DNA of 63,786 nucleotides, counting the filler, from Gemmatimonadota bacterium (GTDB taxonomy: Bacteria; 4572-55; J002): the NCBI GenBank assembly GCA_003697105.1. It is 8 parts of 8 records of this genome, joined end to end, with 100 filler letters (N's around TTAATTAATTAA, not from the genome) between each part and the next. Parts side by side here need not be neighbours in the genome. Positions count along the whole stretch, not along the records: positions 51,086 to 54,155 come from RFFQ01000130.1; positions 54,256 to 57,377 come from RFFQ01000137.1; positions 57,478 to 61,711 come from RFFQ01000003.1; 5 more parts are not named here. The stretch is one strand, 5' to 3'. The notes below the pieces were generated by a model. It saw only the letters and a list, made by a program, of their open reading frames with translations. It did not search any database and was not told the DNA's origin. This document shows positions 52,297 through 61,647 of the stretch, piece after piece (the first letter of the stretch is position 1; every line of letters begins with the position of its first letter). The translations under genes were made by a program, and so were the position numbers.

Positions 52297-53643
52297 ATGA
52301 AAAACACAGTAGCTTTTCACACCTTAGGTTGTAAACTGAATCAATACGAAACCGACGGTATCCGCGAACTTTTTGAAAACGAGGGCTTTGATACCACCAA
52401 CTTCAACAAAAAAGCAGATGTTTATGTTGTCAATACCTGCACGGTCACCTCTGCCAGCGATGCGGAGGCACGGCGAATTATCCGGCGAGCCATACGCACG
52501 AACCCGGACTCGTTTGTGATTGTAACCGGCTGTTACGCCCAACTTAAACCACAGGATATTGCCAACATACCGGGGGTGAGCTTAATCGCGGGAACAAATG
52601 ACAAAAGTAAAATTGTGGATTATGTCCGGCAGATTAAAACCCGCACCACCGGTACGACCCGAACCCTGCACCGGTTGGATCAGCCCGAAATTTTTGTGAC
52701 AGATTTAGGCACATGCGATACCTTCGATGAATTGAATGTGAACCGGTTTCGGGGATTGACTCGCGCCTTTGTTAAAATTCAGGATGGGTGTGACCTGCGA
52801 TGTTCTTACTGCGCCGTGACCGTCGCTCGGGGTAAAAACCGCAGCCGGCCGTTATCGAACATCCTCGATCAAGCCCACCAATTGGTCGAAAATGGTTATC
52901 AAGAGATTGTCCTCACCGGGGTTCATCTGGGCAGTTACGGGCGAGATACCTTCACCGATAAAATTTTTCTAGCCGATGTCGTGGAACGCCTCTGCCAAAT
53001 CGAAGGACTACGCCGCTTACGTATTAGTTCCCTAGAACCCTCGGAAATCACGGATCGGTTGATTGAGTTAGTGGGCGAATATGATAAAATATGCCCCCAT
53101 TTTCATATTCCATTGCAAAGTGGAAATGATGAGATTCTCAAAAAAATGCGCCGCCCTTACCGGGTGAAACATTTTCGGGATAAAATTCAGCGTTTGGCAG
53201 AAAAACGCCCAGAAGTCGGCATTGGTGTGGATGTGATCGTCGGATTTCCGGGGGAAACAGATGCCCATTTTCAGGATACGGTGAACCTGTTGGTTGAATT
53301 ACCCATCTGCTATTTTCACGTGTTCAGCTATTCCGTGCGGGAGGGTACGGACGCCGCTAAAATGCCAAACCCGGTTTCGCCGGATGACCGCAAACACCGA
53401 AGCCAAGTGCTTCACCAGCTAAAATCCCGAAAAATGCGAGAATTTCACGAGCGATTCATCGGGCATACGGTGGACGTACTGTTTGAACATCGCCGCGATA
53501 AACACACCGGCTGGCTGACCGGACTTTCCGGCAATTACATTCGCGTGATGGCGGAAGGCGATGACGCACTAATGAACACCATCCAACCGGTTAAAATTGA
53601 ACGGCTTGCACAAGATAATCTAGCAATTGGCCAGATTCTTTAA
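52297..53643 (+). CDS. mtaB: tRNA t6A37 methylthiotransferase MtaB
   Basis: HTLGCKLNQYET, NTCTVT, KIQDGCDLRCSYC, RISSLEP and FSYSVREGT motifs. Confidence 0.92.
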   Translation: MKNTVAFHTLGCKLNQYETDGIRELFENEGFDTTNFNKKADVYVVNTCTVTSASDAEARRIIRRAIRTNPDSFVIVTGCYAQLKPQDIANIPGVSLIAGTNDKSKIVDYVRQIKTRTTGTTRTLHRLDQPEIFVTDLGTCDTFDELNVNRFRGLTRAFVKIQDGCDLRCSYCAVTVARGKNRSRPLSNILDQAHQLVENGYQEIVLTGVHLGSYGRDTFTDKIFLADVVERLCQIEGLRRLRISSLEPSEITDRLIELVGEYDKICPHFHIPLQSGNDEILKKMRRPYRVKHFRDKIQRLAEKRPEVGIGVDVIVGFPGETDAHFQDTVNLLVELPICYFHVFSYSVREGTDAAKMPNPVSPDDRKHRSQVLHQLKSRKMREFHERFIGHTVDVLFEHRRDKHTGWLTGLSGNYIRVMAEGDDALMNTIQPVKIERLAQDNLAIGQIL

Positions 53644-53669
53644 TTCAAAACATTCTATCAGGATAAGAC

Positions 53670-53698
53670 GCCGGTATCACATCGAACCGGCTTTTTTA
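53670..53698 (+). terminator. Terminator after mtaB
   Basis: GCCGGT...ACCGGC followed by a T-run. Confidence 0.65.
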
Positions 53699-53798
53699 GT
53701 TTGAGCCAATATTTTACTTTACAATTCTACAACAGATATGATATTATCAGGCGTAATTTTCGCCCATTTTCTTGATATCTTACGGAGGTTTCCCAGCA

Positions 53799-54155
53799 AT
53801 GTTGTTTCTTCGATTTTCCATCGTAACTATGATATGCCTTGTACTTTTTCCGGTGATGAGTGTGGCGCAAACACCCATCGCTGATATTCAGGCAAACCCT
53901 TCACTCTACGAAGGTCAGGAAGTGACCATAGAGGGCGTCGTGACTGTCGGTGCCGGTGTGACCAACGATCAACGCCTGAATGCGTTTGTGCAGGATGCCT
54001 CCGGGCGGGGAATTATGCTGTATAATAGCAGTATTATTTATGAAACCGAATTGGTACGCGGCAACGCCGTTCGTGTGGTGGGCACAGTGACCGAATATAG
54101 CGGCGGCTGCCCGACCACAGAAATTACCGATTTTACAGTCGAAGTGCTCTCTAGC
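53799..54155 (+). CDS. Secreted OB-fold domain protein, 3' truncated
   Basis: Signal peptide; TPIADIQ, GQEVTIEGVVT, FVQDASG and GTVTEY. Confidence 0.75.
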
Positions 54156-54255
54156 NNNNNNNNNNNNNNNNNNNNNNNNNNNNNNNNNNNNNNNNNNNNT
54201 TAATTAATTAANNNNNNNNNNNNNNNNNNNNNNNNNNNNNNNNNNNNNNNNNNNN
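54156..54255. other. Artificial contig linker
   Basis: N44-TTAATTAATTAA-N44. Confidence 0.99.
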
Positions 54256-54405
54256 CACAACATCCTCCTTGTAAATTAAAATGAAAATTGTCCACAAGGA
54301 AAATGTGGTGAAACCCGAATTTTAGCAACTCAATGAACTTTTAAAACAGGTTCTAAGGGATTAAATTAGTCCCATAAATTTTTTTTTCAAATTTTATCAA
54401 AAATC

Positions 54406-54438
54406 TGCTTGACATGCAAGCATAATTTATGATAGTAT
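54406..54438 (+). promoter_or_regulatory. Promoter of the WYL gene with an inverted repeat over the -35
   Basis: TTGACA-18 bp-TAGTAT; TGCTTG-N5-CAAGCA at 54406-54422. Confidence 0.5.
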
Positions 54439-54470
54439 GCCTTTAATCGAATACTTCAAGGTTTAAAGTT

Positions 54471-55469
54471 ATGCGCGACGAAGCCTATCTCCGAAAACAA
54501 CGAATCATTCACCTCTTATTGACAAACCACTATGGGGTCACCTACGAAGAAGTACGTCACCACTTACATCAAGATGGTTTTGAAGTGAGTACCCGCACCC
54601 TTTACCGCGATTTTAAAGCCCTGCAAACCCACCTGCCCTTGCTCCAAGATACTGATAAAGCAACGCGGCAAACACGCTGGCGAATTGATCCCGAAATGAA
54701 GCGAGTTCCCGGGGTCTTCACCGATCTGGAATGGCTCGCGCTGTGGTGTAACGGTCGATTTTTTCTGCAACAGGCGGTCTTTCCCACGACGACCCGTCAG
54801 GCACTCGCCAAAATTGAAGAGCGACTCTCTCCCGAAACCATCCAACGGATCAACCGCTTGAGTGAGCAGTTATTAACCCATCCGCGCGTGACGCACACGT
54901 CACTTGAACATCCCTCACCGTTTTTACCGGAATTGATTGACGCCATGACTCAGAATCGATGCGTCCAAATCCGATATTTTAATACCCGTCAAAATGAGAC
55001 CAAGATTCACAAAGTAGCTCCCGTCCGGCTCTGCACCTTTAATGATTCCCTCTATCTGTGGGCGTATTCGTACCGTCGGGAAGCTCCACGCACATTTTCG
55101 CTGGCAAATATAGACCAGTTTCAACCGTTGGATGAAAAATCGGACGCCGAAATCCGGGCGCAGGTGAATCAGTTTTATGCCTATGCCTTCGGGATGCTCG
55201 GCAGTGCGGATCCGGTACGCCTCAGCATTAAATTTGATGCGACAGTGGCGACTCATATCCGCTGTCGAAATTGGAGTCGGCTCGATCCGGAATTTCAGGA
55301 CCATAACGACGGCAGTATGACCTTAACGGTCACGGTTGCCGTCCCGGAGGAACTGTGTAACTGGTTGCGCAAATATGATGGTTATGCCGAAGTGTTGGAG
55401 CCGTTGTCTGTGCGAGAGGCGTTTATCGCTCGCATTCGACAGTCAGCAGAACGATATCAACTTTTATAA
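54471..55469 (+). CDS. wHTH-WYL-WCX transcriptional regulator
   Basis: VSTRTLYRDF (HTH), VAPVRL...LYLWAY...RTFSLANI (WYL), AEVLEPLSVR (WCX). Confidence 0.92.
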   Translation: MRDEAYLRKQRIIHLLLTNHYGVTYEEVRHHLHQDGFEVSTRTLYRDFKALQTHLPLLQDTDKATRQTRWRIDPEMKRVPGVFTDLEWLALWCNGRFFLQQAVFPTTTRQALAKIEERLSPETIQRINRLSEQLLTHPRVTHTSLEHPSPFLPELIDAMTQNRCVQIRYFNTRQNETKIHKVAPVRLCTFNDSLYLWAYSYRREAPRTFSLANIDQFQPLDEKSDAEIRAQVNQFYAYAFGMLGSADPVRLSIKFDATVATHIRCRNWSRLDPEFQDHNDGSMTLTVTVAVPEELCNWLRKYDGYAEVLEPLSVREAFIARIRQSAERYQLL

Positions 55470-55473
55470 AAAT

Positions 55474-55535
55474 AAGTGACCGGATTTGTCACTTGAGCAC
55501 GTTAAGCTCAGCGCAATGTGACAGATTCCATCACA
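55474..55535. promoter_or_regulatory. Two related inverted repeats, putative WYL operators
   Basis: AAGTGAC-N7-GTCACTT (55474-55494) and TGTGAC-N7-ATCACA (55517-55535). Confidence 0.6.
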
Positions 55536-55565
55536 CTCAACACCTGAAAACAACATGAGAACAAC

Positions 55566-56834
55566 ATGGCGAAACGAATTTTAATCATGACGTTGGGCAC
55601 CGGTCGCGGCGTTGAAAATGGCATTGCCAAGTGCATCCAGACCTTCAACCCGGATGTGGTACGCTTTATCACCACCCATCAGGGTAAGGAAACCATCCCC
55701 AAAGTGGCAGAAGCATTACAAACCTTGTATCAGTTGGAGATGCCGCAGGTGGTCGAACCGGTGATGCTGGAGCGGGAATCTGACGTAAATTTAACCTACC
55801 GCCAGAGTATTGCCGCCATTGATGAGGCGTTGCACGAGGACTATTCTCCCCATGAAATCTATATTGATTTCACCAGCGGCACGAAAGCGATGTCCGTGGG
55901 GATCAGCCTCGCGGCGTTTATGCGCGAATGCCCGCAGATGGTCTATATCGGCGGGTTTGATCGGGATGAAAACGGGCGTGTGATTACCGGCTCGGAAACG
56001 ATCATGAGTTTTACCCCCACCATTGTTTTTGCCGGCTATAAGGAAAAACTACTCAAGCAGATGTTCAATCACTACCAATTTGAAGCCGCTACCCAACTGG
56101 TGGATAATGTGTTGCAGACGGTACCCAATCCGGCGGTTCGCCAACCGTTTGAAACTCTCAAGTGGATCATCGCCGGCTATGCCCACTGGGATAAATTCGA
56201 TCATCAAGAGGCAAAACAGAACTTTGATAAGGTCTCTCGCGAGGTCTTGGAAACGTGGGGATTGACCCAGAATGTCGGTTTTCTCAAACGAATCGTCGGG
56301 AAACAAGAAACAATAAAACAGTCCCCAGCGGAATCTTTGCCGGCGACCCAGCGCTCTATCCCGGAACTCATCCCGGATTTGCTGGAAAACGCCTACCGAC
56401 GCGCTCAGGAAGGAAAATATGACGATGCTGTTGCTCGTTTATACCGCTTGATGGAACTGATCGGGCAAATGAAACTAGCGGAATATGGATTTGACACCGG
56501 CGACATCGATGTGAACCGATTTGAGGATGAGACCTTGAAAGCCAAATATGAAGCGATGCGCTCGCCTCGCACAAAAAAAGTGCAAATCGGACTGGCGAAA
56601 AATTATGAATTATTGCGGGATTTGGGGGAAGAAGAACTCGCCGCCATCTATCTGGATGACCCGAAAATGCAAGGTTTGCTCAATCAACGAAATAATTCCA
56701 TTTTGGCGCATGGTTTAACACCCATATCCAAAGACGATTTTGAAAAATTTTATGAAAAAGTTTGCACCTTAGCGGAAACGCTGTTACCCAATTTGAATGA
56801 AATGAGAAAACAAGCTGAATTTGTAACACTTTAA
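55566..56834 (+). CDS. CRISPR-associated CARF-HEPN effector (TIGR02710/Csm6-like)
   Basis: ILIMTLGTG and IDFTSGTKAMS (CARF), YDDAVARLYRLME, RNNSILAHG (HEPN R-x-H). Confidence 0.9.
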   Translation: MAKRILIMTLGTGRGVENGIAKCIQTFNPDVVRFITTHQGKETIPKVAEALQTLYQLEMPQVVEPVMLERESDVNLTYRQSIAAIDEALHEDYSPHEIYIDFTSGTKAMSVGISLAAFMRECPQMVYIGGFDRDENGRVITGSETIMSFTPTIVFAGYKEKLLKQMFNHYQFEAATQLVDNVLQTVPNPAVRQPFETLKWIIAGYAHWDKFDHQEAKQNFDKVSREVLETWGLTQNVGFLKRIVGKQETIKQSPAESLPATQRSIPELIPDLLENAYRRAQEGKYDDAVARLYRLMELIGQMKLAEYGFDTGDIDVNRFEDETLKAKYEAMRSPRTKKVQIGLAKNYELLRDLGEEELAAIYLDDPKMQGLLNQRNNSILAHGLTPISKDDFEKFYEKVCTLAETLLPNLNEMRKQAEFVTL

Positions 56835-56844
56835 CGGAGAACAA

Positions 56845-57377
56845 GTGATGCATAGCATAACCTTTGAATGTGAAACCATTACCCCCATGTTTATGGGCAG
56901 TGCCGACCCCAAAGATGTGGAACTACGCGCTCCCAGCATTAAAGGCGCTATGCGCTTCTGGTGGCGTGCCATGAATGCCCATCTGAGTTTGGACGAACTG
57001 AGAAAACAAGAAACGGAGATTTTTGGAGGTGGAGGTAACAATGGAAGAAAGAGTAATGTTATAATTCGAGTTCAATATAACAATCCTCCAAATATCAGGA
57101 GCGACTTTAAAAATTACTATAAATTAAATTGGTGCTTTAAAGGGAAATTAAAAGGTGATCATGCAGGCATTGGATATTTGCTTTATTCTATGGATTTAAA
57201 CAAAAACGAGTTTATTGATGTAGGATATCAATTTAAGATTGTAATAAAATCGGCTAGTTCAGATGCTTTGATTCAAGCTCTGTCAGCTTTTTGGTGTGCT
57301 ATATACTTTGGGGGTTTCGGTGGACGTTCAAGGCGAGGGGGAGGAAACCTAGAAATTCTTAGAGTAAATACAAAACA
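56845..57377 (+). CDS. cmr1: Type III-B CRISPR RAMP protein Cmr1, 3' truncated
   Basis: ETITPMFMG, ELRAPSIKGAMRFWWRA, EIFGG and the G-rich loop GGFGGRSRRGGG. Confidence 0.9.
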
Positions 57378-57477
57378 NNNNNNNNNNNNNNNNNNNNNNN
57401 NNNNNNNNNNNNNNNNNNNNNTTAATTAATTAANNNNNNNNNNNNNNNNNNNNNNNNNNNNNNNNNNNNNNNNNNNN
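57378..57477. other. Artificial contig linker
   Basis: N44-TTAATTAATTAA-N44. Confidence 0.99.
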
Positions 57478-57885
57478 GATGAGGTGCCCATCAAAAAACG
57501 GGGTATTCCGTTTGTATCGGTGGATCATGAAAACGTGCGCTATGTGGCGGATGAGCAGGGTTGCCCGGATGTACCGAAAGCAGGCAGTGCCGCGTATCCA
57601 GCACAACCAATCCAAATCCGGCAAGATGGCTCACACCAGTGGACACCAACCGGCAACACGGATCACCTTTCAGACCAGTTAATTGGCGATACCTTATTTG
57701 ATAATTGCCAGTTATCATTTGCGCGGGGCTATGAAGGAGCATACTATTTACGCAAATTGATGCTTGCCCAACCTGATACACCGGATCAAATTCAATTTTT
57801 CTATTCTGGAAAAGGGGTCTTTCATAAGAACGTTCCCCGCCACCAGAAGCGCAAAATTGTGATGGTGGTAACATACAAAGAGTAG
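57478..57885 (+). CDS. C-terminal part of a hypothetical protein (5' truncated)
   Basis: Frame open from the contig start to TAG 57885 and followed by a strong terminator. Confidence 0.6.
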   Translation, partial: DEVPIKKRGIPFVSVDHENVRYVADEQGCPDVPKAGSAAYPAQPIQIRQDGSHQWTPTGNTDHLSDQLIGDTLFDNCQLSFARGYEGAYYLRKLMLAQPDTPDQIQFFYSGKGVFHKNVPRHQKRKIVMVVTYKE

Positions 57886-57907
57886 CGTCACCGTTTTGGA
57901 GAGCGTA

Positions 57908-57946
57908 AACCCCTGAATTCGGGCTGAATTCAGGGGTTCTTTTTTT
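57908..57946 (+). terminator. Intrinsic terminator
   Basis: AACCCCTGAATTC-GGGCT-GAATTCAGGGGTT followed by CTTTTTTT. Confidence 0.85.
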
Positions 57947-57988
57947 GGGGATTACGGTAAAACACATCCTAAATACGTATTCGTCCAT

Positions 57989-59146
57989 TTAGCATTGCAG
58001 AGTAATCAGCGGGACGTACATCTCCTGACTGCTGATCCCGCCATGATTTCCGGTCAGAAAATACTCATCTTCTCCCAGCAGATAATCCCGCATCACATAA
58101 TTATCCTTCATGGTCAAAACGTAATCACCCACCCGTTCCCACAACTTCGGATGGGGATCGCCTAAGCCGTACCAATTTTGCCTGATAACATCTTCCCCAT
58201 AGTGCAAATCGCACACGTCCGCAAAGTGATAGCGGACATATTGCTCAAATTGATCCACTTTAGACGGACGGACATAACAATAGGCGGTACGCGGTTCACC
58301 ACAAAGTGGTAGCGCCAAGGTCTCCTGAAATTCAGGATGTTGGCGAATGTCAATAGTATGCGCTTTATCCGTATCAATCATGCCATGATCGGCAGTGATA
58401 ATCACATGGGTATTTGTTCCTTTAAGAGAATCCAAAAAGGCGGTGAGCTTCTCATTCAGATCATTAAAATGGTAGGTCACCTCGGCGCTGGTGGTACCAT
58501 GCTTATGGCATAGTCCATCATAGACGGGCCAATAAGCAAATATAAACTTTGGCTGGTCATTGGCGGTAAGTGCCTTTTTGACCTGCCGCAGATAGCCGAC
58601 CAAGGTATTATATCCCAAGCGGTATGCCCCCTTACTGCTAGCAGCGGTTGTATCCGAATTTTTGATCCGGAGCGGGGTCACTAGCCACGATTCCCGTTGA
58701 ATGCGTTCAAAAACGGTCTGTTGCACGGATATTTGAGGCGGGAAGACCTCTTTATGACTAAACGGGATACCCCCAAACCGGGGTATCCAGCGCAATACGG
58801 TGGATACCATCCCCAGTTCTTTCAAATGCACGAACCAGCCGGTAATCCCATGTTGTTGGGGCGGCACTCCGGTAAAGTATGCCGTCATAGCGGCAGCAGT
58901 GGTGGAAGGAAAAACCGAGGTCATTTTGCCCCGTAAATGGCGATACAATACGCTGTTTTTGCCGTGAGTTGTTAAATAATCATAGCCCACCCCGTCCAAC
59001 AGAAGTATCAAAACGGTTTTGGACTCGCGAAGCGGTGTGAGGTCAAAATCCACTAGAGGTTGGTAGTCCGAGGTACCCCCAAGGGCATGAACCACACTAC
59101 TCATCAGATTGACAATACTACCGTTGGTGTAATTAGGTAAATGCAT
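57989..59146 (-). CDS. Alkaline phosphatase superfamily / nucleotide pyrophosphatase-phosphodiesterase
   Basis: LLDGVG, SVFPSTT, DGLCHKHG, TADHG and GNHGG motifs. Confidence 0.9.
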   Translation of the reverse strand: MHLPNYTNGSIVNLMSSVVHALGGTSDYQPLVDFDLTPLRESKTVLILLLDGVGYDYLTTHGKNSVLYRHLRGKMTSVFPSTTAAAMTAYFTGVPPQQHGITGWFVHLKELGMVSTVLRWIPRFGGIPFSHKEVFPPQISVQQTVFERIQRESWLVTPLRIKNSDTTAASSKGAYRLGYNTLVGYLRQVKKALTANDQPKFIFAYWPVYDGLCHKHGTTSAEVTYHFNDLNEKLTAFLDSLKGTNTHVIITADHGMIDTDKAHTIDIRQHPEFQETLALPLCGEPRTAYCYVRPSKVDQFEQYVRYHFADVCDLHYGEDVIRQNWYGLGDPHPKLWERVGDYVLTMKDNYVMRDYLLGEDEYFLTGNHGGISSQEMYVPLITLQC

Positions 59147-59298
59147 GTTGGTATCCTGATAAAATATCGGGTCATATAAGGGGAAATGCCGTCAAGATAG
59201 ACCGAAAACTCCGTGCCAACCTCAGAAAAACGAAAACGACCGTCCGGGCATCCTTCCGGAGATCGTTTTACGAGGCATTTCATATTAGTTTTGCATAT

Positions 59299-59733
59299 TT
59301 ACTCTGGGTGATCTTTTTTCCACTCGCTGACTTCAACAAACGTGGCTAAGTTCACATTCTCTAAATAGTTTCGGATGCGCTCCCGGAGTTCGGTGTAATT
59401 TTTATGAAGACTACAGGGCTCTTCATCGCTGCACACCGTCCAACCGATGGCACATGCATTAAACCGCGTTTCCAAATCTTCATAAACATTTATCACCTGA
59501 TAAAGTGTAATGGTTTCTGGGTCGCGGGCAAAGGAAAATCCGCCGTTGGGACCCTTAGTCGAATTTAGAATTTTCGCCTGCACCAATTGTTGCAGTAATT
59601 TGGATAAAAAGTGTTTCGGTATTTCTTCCTCTCGTGCGATTAACTCGCCTCGACACGGAGTCTGATCTTGGTTCCGGACTAAAAATGACAGTGCCCGCAA
59701 CGCATATTGGGTGGGTTTGGAAAACAGTAGCAT
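59299..59733 (-). CDS. Rrf2 family regulator
   Basis: YALRAL, IPKHFLSKLLQQL, STKGPNGGF and C-x5-C-x5-C-x2-H. Confidence 0.92.
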   Translation of the reverse strand: MLLFSKPTQYALRALSFLVRNQDQTPCRGELIAREEEIPKHFLSKLLQQLVQAKILNSTKGPNGGFSFARDPETITLYQVINVYEDLETRFNACAIGWTVCSDEEPCSLHKNYTELRERIRNYLENVNLATFVEVSEWKKDHPE

Positions 59734-59838
59734 AGAATCTCCTATGTACTAAGTGATTGATTTTTCTTAGAATAATAGTAGATTATAGAATAAAGTACAT
59801 AACTATTCCCCTAGACCCATGTCAAGAATTTTTTAAAC

Positions 59839-59915
59839 AAAAAAACGGATACAGAGCCGCCAGACGCTATTTTGCGGGGTAGAGTGCGTCATGCGAGCTA
59901 CTGAATCCGTTTTTT
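59839..59915 (-). terminator. Long imperfect hairpin with U-tail ending the SOS-box operon
   Basis: AAAAAACGGAT...ATCCGTTTTTT arms enclosing further stems (CAG/CTG, GACGC/GCGTC). Confidence 0.6.
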
Positions 59916-59996
59916 CAGGAAGGAGGTCTCCGTCAAGCAGAGAGACGAGCTTGATGCACGTCAAGCCCATCTACCTGCCTCCGTGAACCTCCCGGT

Positions 59997-60317
59997 TTAG
60001 CGAGCGTAGTCAAAATTTCGGTGAGGGTAATTTGCCGGGCGGGCTTTTGCACCCGGATAAGCACGAGATTGCCGTCGCTTTTTCGGTTGGCGTTGTGCCA
60101 AATAGGGATGATTCAGCGTGTCGGGTTGGTGATCGCGGTCATACGCAGTCGCCGCGAAAAAAATCCCTAGCATTCCGGCACCGCAAATTCCGGCATAGAG
60201 CATCATTTGTGGATGCCCATTAAAAACAAGCAACGTTACCACCAGCATAACACCGCCAAAAATGAAGGCAAGTACTAGATTACCCAAAACCGGATTTCGT
60301 TCAAATGTGCGAATCAT
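59997..60317 (-). CDS. Small 2-TM membrane protein with a basic C-terminal tail
   Basis: Two hydrophobic helices; RBS AAGGAG; ATGA overlap with the upstream gene. Confidence 0.75.
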   Translation of the reverse strand: MIRTFERNPVLGNLVLAFIFGGVMLVVTLLVFNGHPQMMLYAGICGAGMLGIFFAATAYDRDHQPDTLNHPYLAQRQPKKRRQSRAYPGAKARPANYPHRNFDYAR

Positions 60318-61501
60318 ACAGGACTCCTTTCTGCTTCTGCTTGAATCAAATCAAGCATTTGAGATTTAGGGACATTCGCATACGTGGCATTGCCCCGTAC
60401 ATCAATTAAGTTTAAGTGTTTCAGATAATTATGACACCGATCCGCCTGTCCTTTACTGATACCAACCTTATCAGCAACAGACCGCCGTCCTTGTAGCCGC
60501 CCACCTTTACCCATTTTACTAAACAGCCCCTCCACATAACGGGGTAAAATGGGAATCAAATCTTCAACATCATCCGTGAACGTTTCCGGCGTAGGTTCTT
60601 CAAAATAGAGGCGATTTTTTTTAGGGGTCTCACGGTCTGTATCAAACCGGAAAGCTCTTTCCATACGGGGTTCGGGTTCGTGTAGGTCATCTTCTTGATT
60701 ATATTCTAAATAGTCCTCCGGCGCATGTTCGTATAAACGACCGCTACCATTTCCATTCAACTGGTGCGCTGCCGGAGGTTCAAATTGATCGTAATTGGGA
60801 TCACCTTTGCGGGCATTCCGTTTGGCATGCGCCGGCCGGAATCTCGCCCCATTCGAGCGAAAAACATAGACCCCGGAGATGACCGCCACCAATTCGAGTA
60901 GAATACCATAGGTAGCGTTGATCCAGAGTTCGACCAGTTCGGGGTCCAGTCCACCAAAAAACTTGCCGAGTACCACATACAACGCACTGCTGGCTTGTCC
61001 GGTGGAAGGGGTGTAACTTGCCAACTGTTGGGTGAGCTGGTTTTTTTGTGCCAGCAGGGCATTTGCCTCTTCCATCAATTGCTGTTTGCGGGTATGGAAA
61101 TTGGCGGGCATGTTGTTGGCGGTATGCTGAAGGTTGGCAATCTGGGTTTCCAGCCCTTCAATCTGGGACTGTAAACTGCGGAAGCCGGCGCTCTGTTGGG
61201 TCGCTATCGCTATTTTCTCCGCGTGTTGCACTTGAAGCCAGCCCAGCGTCCCGACAATGGACATCAAGGTGAGAATGATTCCGACGATAAGCGCAAACAG
61301 GTCCCGGTTGACCACCCCGACCGCATGAAATACAATTTTGGCAGGCTCCAGAACCGTGGCCAGCCCCACCGCAATGATCGTCGCAAACCCGGTAGTTGCC
61401 ATCGAGGCAAGTAAATTGCAAGTGAAAATCCACGAAATTAAAAACGAACCGATAGAGACAAAAAATAAAATGGGCTGAAATAACCAATGACGCGTATCCA
61501 C
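60314..61501 (-). CDS. Membrane protein: 3 TM, coiled coil, 1 TM, acidic linker, C-terminal HTH-like domain
   Basis: GGAGG 6 nt before GTG 61501; heptad region LQSQIEGLETQIANLQ; GRRSVADKVGISKGQADRCHNYLKHLNLI. Confidence 0.8.
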   Translation of the reverse strand: MDTRHWLFQPILFFVSIGSFLISWIFTCNLLASMATTGFATIIAVGLATVLEPAKIVFHAVGVVNRDLFALIVGIILTLMSIVGTLGWLQVQHAEKIAIATQQSAGFRSLQSQIEGLETQIANLQHTANNMPANFHTRKQQLMEEANALLAQKNQLTQQLASYTPSTGQASSALYVVLGKFFGGLDPELVELWINATYGILLELVAVISGVYVFRSNGARFRPAHAKRNARKGDPNYDQFEPPAAHQLNGNGSGRLYEHAPEDYLEYNQEDDLHEPEPRMERAFRFDTDRETPKKNRLYFEEPTPETFTDDVEDLIPILPRYVEGLFSKMGKGGRLQGRRSVADKVGISKGQADRCHNYLKHLNLIDVRGNATYANVPKSQMLDLIQAEAERSPV

Positions 61502-61529
61502 GACCCCACCTCCATTCAATAAGAAACCA

Positions 61530-61558
61530 TTGACAAGGAGACCAAGCCCATATAGATT
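61530..61558 (+). promoter_or_regulatory. Antisense sigma70 promoter
   Basis: TTGACA-17 bp-TAGATT. Confidence 0.7.
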
Positions 61559-61564
61559 ACCACC

Positions 61565-61637
61565 GAATCCAGCAGGCTTGCCTGTTGATTTTGCAAAACC
61601 GTGTGGATGAGGTCGCCAACCGTTTCACACGGTTTTT
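61565..61637 (+). ncRNA. Putative cis-antisense sRNA (about 75 nt)
   Basis: Lies downstream of the promoter; hairpin CAGCAGG-CTTG-CCTGTTG, then terminator AAAACCGTGTGGA...TTCACACGGTTTTT. Confidence 0.6.
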
Positions 61638-61647
61638 CTATGCCGTA

